A stretch of DNA of 64,000 nucleotides. Source: Candidatus Brocadiia bacterium (GTDB lineage Bacteria > Planctomycetota > Brocadiia > CAIUPP01). A model generated the notes under the pieces. The model had not been told where the DNA came from, made no database searches, and was given only the letters and a program-made list of their open reading frames with translations. Positions 9,296 through 17,371 of the stretch are shown piece after piece. Made by a program: the position numbers and the translations under genes. The stretch is from the NCBI GenBank assembly GCA_050015075.1, contig JBEKCB010000012.1, positions 1-64,000 on the forward strand, read 5' to 3'. The first letter of the stretch is position 1. Each line of letters begins with the position of its first letter.

Positions 9296-10408
9296 TCAGC
9301 CCCATTCCCCGCGGATGGTCTTGCCGGCCATGCTGGACTTGTACATCGCCTCGATAATGCCGATGCACGCCTTGCCCAGCGCGCCGCTGCAGCCGTACTT
9401 GGGATCCTGGCCGGTGCGGACGCAGTCCACGGCGTAGGCCAGTTCGTCCACGTAGCCGAGGTTGTAGAATTCGTCCACCGCCGGCCGGGTCCAGCCGACC
9501 GTATTATCCGCTTTCTCGACGGCGTACGAATAGCCGGGCCGGCTGTACACCTCGACGTTCGAGCTGAGAGTGAGGTCGGTCTTGATCAGCCCGGCGCTGC
9601 CGTAAATCTCGACCTGGTCCTCCATGCCGCCGAGGGTGATGTAATTCCCCTCGACGAAGGCGCGCTGGCCGTCGGCGAACTTCATGACGCCCAGGCTGAA
9701 ATCCTCGCCGCCGTTCTCCTTGTGGACGTAGTTGTCCTGGAGCCCGCCGTTGACCTGGCCGGTGACCTCGACGACCTTGTTGCGGCCGCCGTCGCCGAGG
9801 AGATGCAGCACCCAGCCGACCGGGTGGACCGCCAGGTGGATCAGGCATCCGCCGCCGCACGTCTCCTTTTTCTTCGCGAACGGGCTGTGCGTCCCGTTGT
9901 GGCATTCCTTCGCCTTCACGTAGAAGATTTTCCCGATGCCGCCTTCGCTGATGACCTGTTCCACCCGCCTCAACGCAGGCGTGAAGACCCAGTCCTCGGC
10001 GTAGAAGAGCTTGACGCCGTTCTGCCGGCAGACCTTGATCATCTCCTCCGCGTCGGCGAGAGAAGTCGCGAACGGCTTTTCGCACACGATGTGCTTGCCC
10101 GCCCGCGCCGCGGCGAGGACGACTCCGTGGTGGAGAAAGTTGGGCACGCAGACCGAGATGAGGTCAAGGTCGTCGCGCTTGAACATCTCCTTGTAGTCCG
10201 CGTAAACATGCGGAATTTTCCACTGCTTGGAGAATTCCGGGAGGTTGTCAATCGCGGCCACGGCGGAAAGTTCCGCGTGTTCGTTCCTGCGGTAGGAATC
10301 CGCGTGGAAGCCGGCGGCGAACTTCGAGCCGACGATGCCGATGCGCACTTTGTGCTTGACGGCGGGGACGGCTGCTTTCTTCTTCATGGCTGCGTTCCTT
10401 TTATTCAT
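9296..10408 (-). CDS. Gfo/Idh/MocA family oxidoreductase
   Basis: IGIVGS, VCVPNFLH, GKHIVCEKP and GGGCLIHLAVH; start overlaps the upstream stop (ATGA). Confidence 0.9.
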   Translation of the reverse strand: MNKRNAAMKKKAAVPAVKHKVRIGIVGSKFAAGFHADSYRRNEHAELSAVAAIDNLPEFSKQWKIPHVYADYKEMFKRDDLDLISVCVPNFLHHGVVLAAARAGKHIVCEKPFATSLADAEEMIKVCRQNGVKLFYAEDWVFTPALRRVEQVISEGGIGKIFYVKAKECHNGTHSPFAKKKETCGGGCLIHLAVHPVGWVLHLLGDGGRNKVVEVTGQVNGGLQDNYVHKENGGEDFSLGVMKFADGQRAFVEGNYITLGGMEDQVEIYGSAGLIKTDLTLSSNVEVYSRPGYSYAVEKADNTVGWTRPAVDEFYNLGYVDELAYAVDCVRTGQDPKYGCSGALGKACIGIIEAMYKSSMAGKTIRGEWG

Positions 10409-13059
10409 GCTTCCACCTTTTCCTCGGCCAGGATTTCGATGTTCCGGTTGGGGCAGAGCTGCGCGCACATGCCGCAGGCATGGCACTTGTCCTTGGCGAT
10501 GTCGTAGCCGTCCTTCTCGAGCGAGATCGCGAACGAGGAGCAGATGCGATGGCAAAGGCCGCACGTGACCGAGCAGCCGCAGCGCAGGCATCGCGCCGCT
10601 TCGGCGATGGCCTCGACCTCGGACATCGGGGCCAGGCATGTCTCGAAATCGCGCTTGCGCTCCTCGGCCGCGCGCAACTGCGGCTTCACGCGGCCCCGGC
10701 GGGCCGTCGTGCGGTTCCGCAGCAGGACAAGGTCCTTGTCCGCCGGCGTCAGTTCGGGGCTGGACTCAAGGAAATGCGCGTCGCCCGAGAGGAACCGGTC
10801 GGCTTCGACCGCCGCCTCGTAGCCGCCGGCCACGGCGCCGATGATGTTGTCCGGGCCGGTCACGGCGTCGCCGGCGGCGAACACGCCCGCGACTGACGTG
10901 GCCGCGCCGGCCGTCGTCGAGATGCGGTCCTTCTTGACCTCCACGCCCAGCGCGCCGGCGTCCTTCCCGATCCCCTGCGACACGGCGCTGATCACCGCAT
11001 CCACCTGCAGTGTGAACTCGGTGCCCTCAACCTCCTCGGGCCGGCGCCTTCCGGAGGCATCCTGCTTCCCGAGCACGTGGTTGACCATGCGCAGCGACTG
11101 GATGCTCCCGTTCGAGCGGATGAGCTCCTTCGGCGATACGAGATACATGACCTTGACGCCTTCCGCCTCTGCCTCGTCCACCTCTTCGGAGGTGGCGGGC
11201 ATCTCGGCGCGCGTGCGGCGGTAGAGGAGATAGACTTCCTTCGCGCCCAGCCGCGCCGCGGTGCGCGCGCTGTCCACGGCGGTGAAGCCGCCGCCGATCA
11301 CCGCCACGCGCCGCCCGGAGGCCGCCTTCCGCCCGGCGTTCAGGTCGGCGAGGAACTCCAGCGCCGTCATGCATCCGCCGCCGTCCTCGCCCGGCACGCC
11401 CAGCGGCAGTCCCGCGCCCGCGCCCACCGCCAGCACGACCGCCTTGTACCCTTCCTTCTTGAGGCTCGCGGCGGTGAAGTCCTTCCCGAGCGCCTTGCCG
11501 AAGACGAACGTCACGCCCAGGTCGCGGATCGCTTTGATCTCCGCGTCGAGTACTTTCTCGGGCAGGCGGAACCGCGGGATGGCGCAGCGCAGCATGCCGC
11601 CGGCCTTCTTCTGCGACTCGAAGACGGTCACCGGATACCCCGCGCGCGCGAGGTGATAAGCGGCGCTCAGGCCCGCCGGACCGGAGCCGACGACGGCGAC
11701 CTTGTCCTTCTTCGCGGGGCCTTTGGAGATCTCCGGCGCCCAGTTCTCGCGGGCGGCTTTTTCGATGACGAAGCGCTTGAGGTCGCGGATGCGGATCGGC
11801 TCATCCAGTTCCCCGCGCGTGCATTCGGTCTCGCACGGATGGTTGCAGACCCAGCCGCAGATGGACTGCAGCGGGTTGCGCTCGGTGATCATTCGGAACG
11901 CTTCGTGGAAGTCGCCCTCGGCCACGAGCGTCACGTAGTCCTGCGCCGGCACCTCGAACGGGCAGGCGGCCTGGCATGGGCCGCGCAGGAGCGGATTCTT
12001 CTTCCGGGCGTACCCTTTCCGCAGCGTCAACTTCGTGGCCGGGGCGATCTCCTCGACGAGCAGGTCGCGCGCGTCGGAAAGCTCCTTGTAACCCATCTTC
12101 GCGATGTAGGTCTTCAGCTCGGCGATGAGCGGCGGCAGCATCTCGAACCCCTTGAGCAGAATGCCGGTGCAGACGCAGAAGAGGTCCGCGCCGCACATGG
12201 TCGCCATGACGGTGTCCTGCAAGGTCATGATGCCGCCGGCGCCGGTGACCTTGACCTCGCGGCCGTTGAGCTTCCGGATCTCGTAGATGTCGCGGAAGGC
12301 CAGCGGGCGGATCCACGGGCCGGAGAGGCAGCTCATGCTCGGCTCTTTCTGGAGCTTGTACATGCCGCCGCGCGGGTTGTAGATGTCGAGCATCGGCACG
12401 CCCAGCCGGTTCGCGGCGCCGCCCACCGCCACTGCGCCGGAGGCATACGCGGCCTGCGCCACCGTCGCGATGCGGCCGCCTTCGGGAGTGAGCTTCACGA
12501 AGACCGGAATCTTGACGCCATGGGTCACTTCGCGGACGATGTGTCCGATCGCCTCCGCGTTCTGGCCGAGGCTGGCGCCGGTTTGATGCGCGGTCTGCAC
12601 CTTGCCGCTCACCGCCACGTTATAGCTCATGTTCGGGCAGCACATGTTCAGCTCGATGATGTGCGCCCCTGCGGCCTCGAATCGCTGCGCCATGTTCACC
12701 CAGCCGGTCACGCCCGGCTTGTCGCCGACGTACGTAATGTTGGCCATGATGAGGAAGTCCTTCGTCCGCCGCCGGCCCTCCTCGACCAGCCGGAGCCCTT
12801 CTTCCACGGTCAGACGCGTCTCGGCGCTGAACGACAGGAAACCCTGGTCGTCGAACCAGCCGTAGCGCGGCTCCAGGCTCACGTAAGGTTCGGGGTCGAA
12901 CGTCAGCTTGATGCTCGCCCCGGCCCAGCCGTTCTCCGCGGCCTTGATGAGGTGGTCAACGGACTTGGTCGTGGGGCCGGAACCCACGTAGAACGGATTG
13001 CGAAACGTGAGCCCGCCGACCTTCACGGGCAGGTACATCTTGTCGAGGTCCACTTTCAT
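10405..13059 (-). CDS. Fusion of a dihydropyrimidine/dihydroorotate dehydrogenase-like FMN domain (PreA-like) with a GltD/DsrL-like FAD-NAD(P)H Fe-S module
   Basis: NPFYVGSGP, ELNMCCPN and VKLTP; PCQAACP...CGWVCNHPCETEC; GSGPAGL, GGGFTAVD and FAAGD; EAARCLRC plus C-terminal CxxCxxCxxxCP. Confidence 0.85.
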   Translation of the reverse strand: MKVDLDKMYLPVKVGGLTFRNPFYVGSGPTTKSVDHLIKAAENGWAGASIKLTFDPEPYVSLEPRYGWFDDQGFLSFSAETRLTVEEGLRLVEEGRRRTKDFLIMANITYVGDKPGVTGWVNMAQRFEAAGAHIIELNMCCPNMSYNVAVSGKVQTAHQTGASLGQNAEAIGHIVREVTHGVKIPVFVKLTPEGGRIATVAQAAYASGAVAVGGAANRLGVPMLDIYNPRGGMYKLQKEPSMSCLSGPWIRPLAFRDIYEIRKLNGREVKVTGAGGIMTLQDTVMATMCGADLFCVCTGILLKGFEMLPPLIAELKTYIAKMGYKELSDARDLLVEEIAPATKLTLRKGYARKKNPLLRGPCQAACPFEVPAQDYVTLVAEGDFHEAFRMITERNPLQSICGWVCNHPCETECTRGELDEPIRIRDLKRFVIEKAARENWAPEISKGPAKKDKVAVVGSGPAGLSAAYHLARAGYPVTVFESQKKAGGMLRCAIPRFRLPEKVLDAEIKAIRDLGVTFVFGKALGKDFTAASLKKEGYKAVVLAVGAGAGLPLGVPGEDGGGCMTALEFLADLNAGRKAASGRRVAVIGGGFTAVDSARTAARLGAKEVYLLYRRTRAEMPATSEEVDEAEAEGVKVMYLVSPKELIRSNGSIQSLRMVNHVLGKQDASGRRRPEEVEGTEFTLQVDAVISAVSQGIGKDAGALGVEVKKDRISTTAGAATSVAGVFAAGDAVTGPDNIIGAVAGGYEAAVEADRFLSGDAHFLESSPELTPADKDLVLLRNRTTARRGRVKPQLRAAEERKRDFETCLAPMSEVEAIAEAARCLRCGCSVTCGLCHRICSSFAISLEKDGYDIAKDKCHACGMCAQLCPNRNIEILAEEKVEA

Positions 13060-13754
13060 CTGGCTATTCCCTCTTTAACTAATCGGCGTCCGTCCATGTT
13101 CCGATGCGGTTTCAGATTCCGTTCCCGAATCCCGTCGAGCAGCAGGCTGACGACATGCCGGATGCGCGTCTCGATGGCCTCCGGCGTCGTCAGGTCGAAA
13201 CCCAGCGCCTGCCCCAGCGTGTACTGGTTGGAAAAATAGAAAAAGCTCAGCGCCAGGCAACTGATGAGCAACTGTTTCTCGTCCACGTCCGCGCGGAAGC
13301 GGCCCTCGCGCTGGCCCCGGTCGAGCGCGATCCGCAGCGCCTCGAGGATCGGTGCCTTGAAGGAGGAGAGGTTCGCCTCCGGCGCCGATTTGCCGCGGCG
13401 CAGGTTCTCCCACGTCAGCAGCCGCACATGCTGCGGGTGCGCGGCGAGGAAGGCGTACTCCGCGCGGATCAGCCGCTCCAGGAGTTCCTCCACCTCCAGC
13501 AGGATATCGGCCAGCGCGACCTCCTGGGAGGACAACTGCTCGTAGATGTGGCGCAGCGCGGCGCGGTAGAGGCCCTCCTTGCTTCCGAAGTAGTGATAGA
13601 GCATCCGCCGGTTGATGCCGGCTTTCGCCGCAATCATCGAGACGGAGCCGCCGTCCAGACCGCGCTCGGAAAAGACTTCGACGCCCGCCTCGAGCAGGCG
13701 CCGCCGGCTGGCTTCAGGATCGCGACCGCGAATTTCAGGGTTTCGCTCGGACAT
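13056..13754 (-). CDS. TetR family transcriptional regulator (RutR/NicS-like)
   Basis: HTH IAAKAGINRRMLYHYFGSKEGLY; C-terminal FFYFSNQYTL; AAGGA RBS before the ATG at 13754. Confidence 0.9.
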   Translation of the reverse strand: MSERNPEIRGRDPEASRRRLLEAGVEVFSERGLDGGSVSMIAAKAGINRRMLYHYFGSKEGLYRAALRHIYEQLSSQEVALADILLEVEELLERLIRAEYAFLAAHPQHVRLLTWENLRRGKSAPEANLSSFKAPILEALRIALDRGQREGRFRADVDEKQLLISCLALSFFYFSNQYTLGQALGFDLTTPEAIETRIRHVVSLLLDGIRERNLKPHRNMDGRRLVKEGIAR

Positions 13755-13774
13755 GAGTAATTCCTTTGACACCT

Positions 13775-13803
13775 ATCATAACCGAGCGGTTATAAAAATG
13801 CAA
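13775..13803 (-). promoter_or_regulatory. sigma70 promoter with an overlapping palindromic operator
   Basis: Minus strand TTGCAT-17 nt-TATGAT; perfect palindrome ATAACCG-AG-CGGTTAT at 13778-13793. Confidence 0.7.
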
Positions 13804-13820
13804 GCGAAAAATACGCGCTC

Positions 13821-13869
13821 ATAGTGGCGCCATAAGACGTTATTTCGTATACCTTTACGGATGCGCTAC
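13821..13869 (+). repeat. Degenerate GTAG-type REP doublet
   Basis: ATAGTGGCGCC...TTCGTATACC...CGCTAC aligns with the copies at 43790, 48932, 52881 and 56034. Confidence 0.7.
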
Positions 13870-13895
13870 GACCGGCATGCCGTGGCTTGTACTCC

Positions 13896-14018
13896 GTCAT
13901 TCCCAGCAGAGCGAGGAATCTCACACGCACCACGCCGGCGACGGTTCAGCGCATGAGATGCTTCGCTGCGCTCGGCATGACGCGGCTTGTATTGATGCGT
14001 GTTATTCATCGGACAGTA
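13896..14018. repeat. REP-like palindrome (GTCATTCC...GGAATCTC / GAGATGCTTCG...ATGAC) plus MITE right end
   Basis: Inverted arms at 13896-13922 and 13955-13981; 3' tail ending GGACAGTAC matches the 32.4-kb copy. Confidence 0.8.
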
Positions 14019-14344
14019 CACCAGCCGCCGGAAATCGGCGAATTCGCGCAAGGCCGTTTCTGGCGCCGGCTAACGGAGGGCTGTCCATTCCGGCCATTGG
14101 CTAAGCCGGTCAGAATTCTTGTCCCCTCAGGCGCGTGAGGCCCGCGCATGGGCGTATCGTGTTCCAGAGCAGCCACAAAACCATTTGAAAGCGGGCGCTA
14201 TAAGCGTAAAATGCTGTCGGCGGGAAGGACAGCCGACGACGGAAACGTCATCGGAAGGCGAAAGGGGAAGGCAATAATTTGGTGACTGCGGGGCTGTTGA
14301 AAAAGGCATCGGAAGAGAGGCCGCTCGCCCCGTGTCTCCGCTAC

Positions 14345-14406
14345 GTCATTCCCGCGCAAATGGGAATCCAGGCTTTCGGCGTATGGATTCCCGCATTCGC
14401 GGGAAT
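14345..14406. repeat. REP-like palindrome split by the IS; its right arm is completed by GAC at 15716-15718
   Basis: GTCATTCCCGCG...GGGAATCCA...TGGATTCCC...CGCGGGAAT|GAC; removing the IS restores a perfect 12-bp outer arm. Confidence 0.85.
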
Positions 14407-14485
14407 GAAAATATGAAAGCGCGACTCCTGCCCGTGAGGTAAACTCACGGGTGTCATCACCTTCTAAGAGGTAAGGAGTCGCGCC

Positions 14486-15565
14486 ATGAAAGAGTATATC
14501 TCTTTCGACTCGCACAAGCACTATACGTTGGCCGAGCGGGAGGACGTGGAGACCGGACGGACGCGGCAGTGCCGAATCGCTCATGCGCGCGGGGCGATCC
14601 GGGAGTATCTGCGCCGATGTGAACCGGGGACGCCGGTGGCGGTGGAGGCGACGGCGAACTGGTACTGGATCGTCGAGGAAATCGAGGAGGCCCGATTGCG
14701 GCCGCTGCTGGTCCATCCTCGAAAGGCGAAGCTGATGATGGGGCTGATCAACAAGACCGACTCTCTCGACTTGCACGGGCTGAACCGGCTCCAGCGCAAC
14801 GGCACGCTGCCGACGGTGTGGATCCCGCCGGCGCAGCTTCGAGACCTGCGGGAGTTGACGCGCGTGCGGATGGTGCTCGCCCGGCATCGCACGCGGATGA
14901 AGAACCGGATTCAGGCGACGCTGAGCAAGTACGGGCTTGTCGTGGAAGGCTTCAGCGACCCGCATGGAAAGCGGGCGCGCGCGGAGATGAACCGGCAGAT
15001 CGCCCAACTGCCTCCGCAGGCGCGGTACGTCACGGAAATACTCTGCGCGCAGCTCGATTTTGTCGAGGGGCAAATTCACGAGCAGGAGAAACGTTTGAGG
15101 GCGCTCGTGCCGATCACCCCGGAAATCCAACTGCTGATGAGCCTGCCGGGGATCGGAGTGATCCTGGGAGCGGTCTGCGCGCTGGAGATCGGAGCGGTCA
15201 GCCGCTTTCCGAGCGCCGAGCACCTGGCCGCCTACGCCGGGACCACCCCGCGCGTGCACTCCAGCGGAGACAAGACGCGCTACGGCGGCCTGCGGCCGGA
15301 CGTGAACCGCTATCTGCGCTGGGCCTTCATCGAAGCGGGCCACTCGACGGCGCTCAACAGCGAGCGCCGCAGCGAACGTCATGTCAGCCGGCTCTACCGC
15401 AGGCTGCGCGCGCGTCGGGGCCATTACAAGGCGGTAGGCGCGGTGGCCCGACACCTCGCGGAGGCGTCTTACTATGTCCTGAGCAAAAAGGAGCCGTATC
15501 GAGACCCGGCCCTCCACACGGAGGGCGGGCAAGCTTTGGCGCCAGGTCGAACCAGGGAGGTGTAA
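14486..15565 (+). CDS. IS110/IS1111 DEDD recombinase (transposase)
   Basis: SFDSHK, VEAT, KTDSLD, PGIG, AYAGTTPRVHSSG and AVARHL motifs; AAGGAG RBS. Confidence 0.96.
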   Translation: MKEYISFDSHKHYTLAEREDVETGRTRQCRIAHARGAIREYLRRCEPGTPVAVEATANWYWIVEEIEEARLRPLLVHPRKAKLMMGLINKTDSLDLHGLNRLQRNGTLPTVWIPPAQLRDLRELTRVRMVLARHRTRMKNRIQATLSKYGLVVEGFSDPHGKRARAEMNRQIAQLPPQARYVTEILCAQLDFVEGQIHEQEKRLRALVPITPEIQLLMSLPGIGVILGAVCALEIGAVSRFPSAEHLAAYAGTTPRVHSSGDKTRYGGLRPDVNRYLRWAFIEAGHSTALNSERRSERHVSRLYRRLRARRGHYKAVGAVARHLAEASYYVLSKKEPYRDPALHTEGGQALAPGRTREV

Positions 15566-15697
15566 GCGCGGTTGTGTCATGAGCCTTCCGGCTCGAGGAA
15601 TGAATGCGACACACCTCTCGGACATTTTCATGCCCCTTTGAGGGCGAAGAGATGACTCGGGTTTGACCCGAACGAAAAACGGTCTCGACCGCTTGAC
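15566..15697 (+). ncRNA. Predicted bridge RNA / seekRNA of the IS1111-type element
   Basis: Two guide-hairpin-guide modules: TGTCAT and GGAATGA match the two target strands; ATTTTCAT and AGAGATGA match the two strands of the circle junction. Boundaries are approximate. Confidence 0.8.
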
Positions 15698-15776
15698 AGT
15701 CGCGCTTTCAGAGATGACAAAAAGACTTCTTCAACAGCGCCACCGTCCCTGATTCTTCGGAAACGGATTGAGTGCC

Positions 15777-16412
15777 ATGTCATCCGGGCCGGCCTCTTGG
15801 CGAACGCGGAAGTGGAGGGAATTCCGCGACCTCTGGATAAACGGTCCGGAGGGGCGCGTCCTGCGTAACGCAGTGAATGTTCCAAAGTGGTTCTATCAGC
15901 AATTGTATCTGGAGAACTTGCGACGCGCGCCCTATATTGCGGGCGTGGCTCGATATCGCTTCGAGCGTAAAGCTGGCAGATTGCTGACATGGTTGCTGAT
16001 CTTTGGGGGATTCTGTGGCTTAGTCTGCTATTTTTGGCATGCCGAGCACTGGAATGGCGGCTATACTCTCGGTGTGATCCTCGGCGGTTTACTTGTTCTC
16101 TGGGTGGTGGTTGCGGGGATCGCGGACGAGCGATACGGCTATGAACTGTCGCTTGATGCGCGCCACCGAACGGTCACAATGTGGCAGCGCGGGCTGTTGG
16201 GCGAAAAAAGGCGAACCTTTGCGGTGCTGCAGGCGGCGGAGCCCACTGCCGAACGTGTTGCGTATACGACGGGCAGCTGGGGCACGCGGCGGGTTTGGGG
16301 TGTATTCCTCTCTTGTACCGAAGGCCCAGTGCTGTTGTGGGCGGCGGATCGCGAGGAAGATGCCCGTGAGGAGGCGCAACGTGTCTCTGCGCTGCTAAGA
16401 GCAGAGGGGTGA
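15777..16412 (+). CDS. Hypothetical membrane protein with two TM helices
   Basis: ORF with two hydrophobic segments and lower GC than its neighbours; start uncertain. Confidence 0.55.
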   Translation: MSSGPASWRTRKWREFRDLWINGPEGRVLRNAVNVPKWFYQQLYLENLRRAPYIAGVARYRFERKAGRLLTWLLIFGGFCGLVCYFWHAEHWNGGYTLGVILGGLLVLWVVVAGIADERYGYELSLDARHRTVTMWQRGLLGEKRRTFAVLQAAEPTAERVAYTTGSWGTRRVWGVFLSCTEGPVLLWAADREEDAREEAQRVSALLRAEG

Positions 16413-16665
16413 ACGGCACACGAAAGGCAGTCTCGATTATATACGGATACACGGTAAGACATACAACCTAGGCGACTAGCCGAACAAACCGCCGCGGCAT
16501 GCTGCTTCGTCCGCGACGAAGCCCTGGGCGAAGAACGGCGAGATGCAGCTCGCGCTGGACTTTTGGATGTGGTTCCAGCCGTAGAAGCTACTCATGGGCG
16601 AGAGATGGTCAGCACTATATCTTTCTCTCTCGTGTAGGCCATCTCGTTGCGGCGTAATCGGGCCT

Positions 16666-17346
16666 CTACTTCTTCCCCTCGCGCGCCTTCTGGACCCAGC
16701 CCATCACTTGCTTCACCTTCGCGCTGATGCCGGCATAGTCCTTCGCCGCGAGAAGTTCCTTGGTGATGAGGTTGCCGCCGATGCCGAGAGCGGCCGCGCC
16801 GGCCTTGATCCAGGTCGTGACGCTTTCCTCGGTCGCATCCACGCCGCCGGTCGGCATGATCCGCGTCCAGGGGCACGGGCCGAGCATGGCCTTCACGAAG
16901 GACGGTCCGCCGACCTCGGCGCCCGGGAAGACTTTCACGATCTCGCAGCCCAGGTCGTGCGCATCCTGAATCTCGGTCGCGCTGCCGCAGCCGGGCGCGT
17001 ACGGGATCTTCCGCCGATTGCAGAGCCGGGCCGTCTCCGCGCAGGTCGTCGGGCCGACGATGAAGTTCGCCCCCTGCGCCATGTAAAGCGCCGCGGTCGG
17101 TGCGTCCACGATGGACCCTGCGCCGAGGATGACCTGCGGCTTCGCCTTGGCGCAATGCTCTTCGAGCGCCCGGAAGACCTGGTAGGCGCGGTCGCCGCGG
17201 TTGGTCATTTCGGCCACGCGGCAGCCGCCGTCCGCGACGGCCTCCACGATCTTGATCGCCACCGCCGGGTCCGGGTGGTAGAAGACCGGGACGAGCCCGC
17301 CGTCCATAATCACGCGCAGCGTATCCATCCGGCTGAACCTTGCCAT
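16666..17346 (-). CDS. eda: KDPG/KHG aldolase
   Basis: EMTNR, GAGSIVD, PGCGSATEI, VKVFPG and MPTGGV motifs; GGAGG RBS. Confidence 0.9.
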   Translation of the reverse strand: MARFSRMDTLRVIMDGGLVPVFYHPDPAVAIKIVEAVADGGCRVAEMTNRGDRAYQVFRALEEHCAKAKPQVILGAGSIVDAPTAALYMAQGANFIVGPTTCAETARLCNRRKIPYAPGCGSATEIQDAHDLGCEIVKVFPGAEVGGPSFVKAMLGPCPWTRIMPTGGVDATEESVTTWIKAGAAALGIGGNLITKELLAAKDYAGISAKVKQVMGWVQKAREGKK

Positions 17347-17371
17347 GATTCTTCCTCCTGTTTCGTGAGTG

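Larger units (their letters stand above)
14407..15713 (+). mobile_element. IS110-family, IS1111-type insertion sequence
   Basis: Perfect 13-bp sub-terminal IRs TGAAAGCGCGACT (14414-14426) and AGTCGCGCTTTCA (15698-15710), 7 and 3 bp from the inferred ends; AT core on both sides; long 3' non-coding end. Confidence 0.92.
14293..15738. mobile_element. MITE of about 137 bp, interrupted by the IS1111-type element
   Basis: GCTGTTGAAAAAG (14293-14305) and CTTCTTCAACAGC (15726-15738) are 12/13 inverted repeats enclosing the REP palindrome and the IS. Confidence 0.65.

Noticed and set aside
11077-13239. Long antisense ORFs (also 20923-23346, 35586-37850, 45918-48791 and others)
   Set aside because: Shadows of real genes in high-GC DNA, with no recognisable motifs.
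14020-14292. Possible structured ncRNA upstream of the MITE
   Set aside because: Several short hairpins but no family consensus recognised.
16413-16665. Possible attC site after the low-GC ORF (GCCGAAC...)
   Set aside because: No matching GTTRRRY end or paired L boxes found, and no integrase; only short hairpins.
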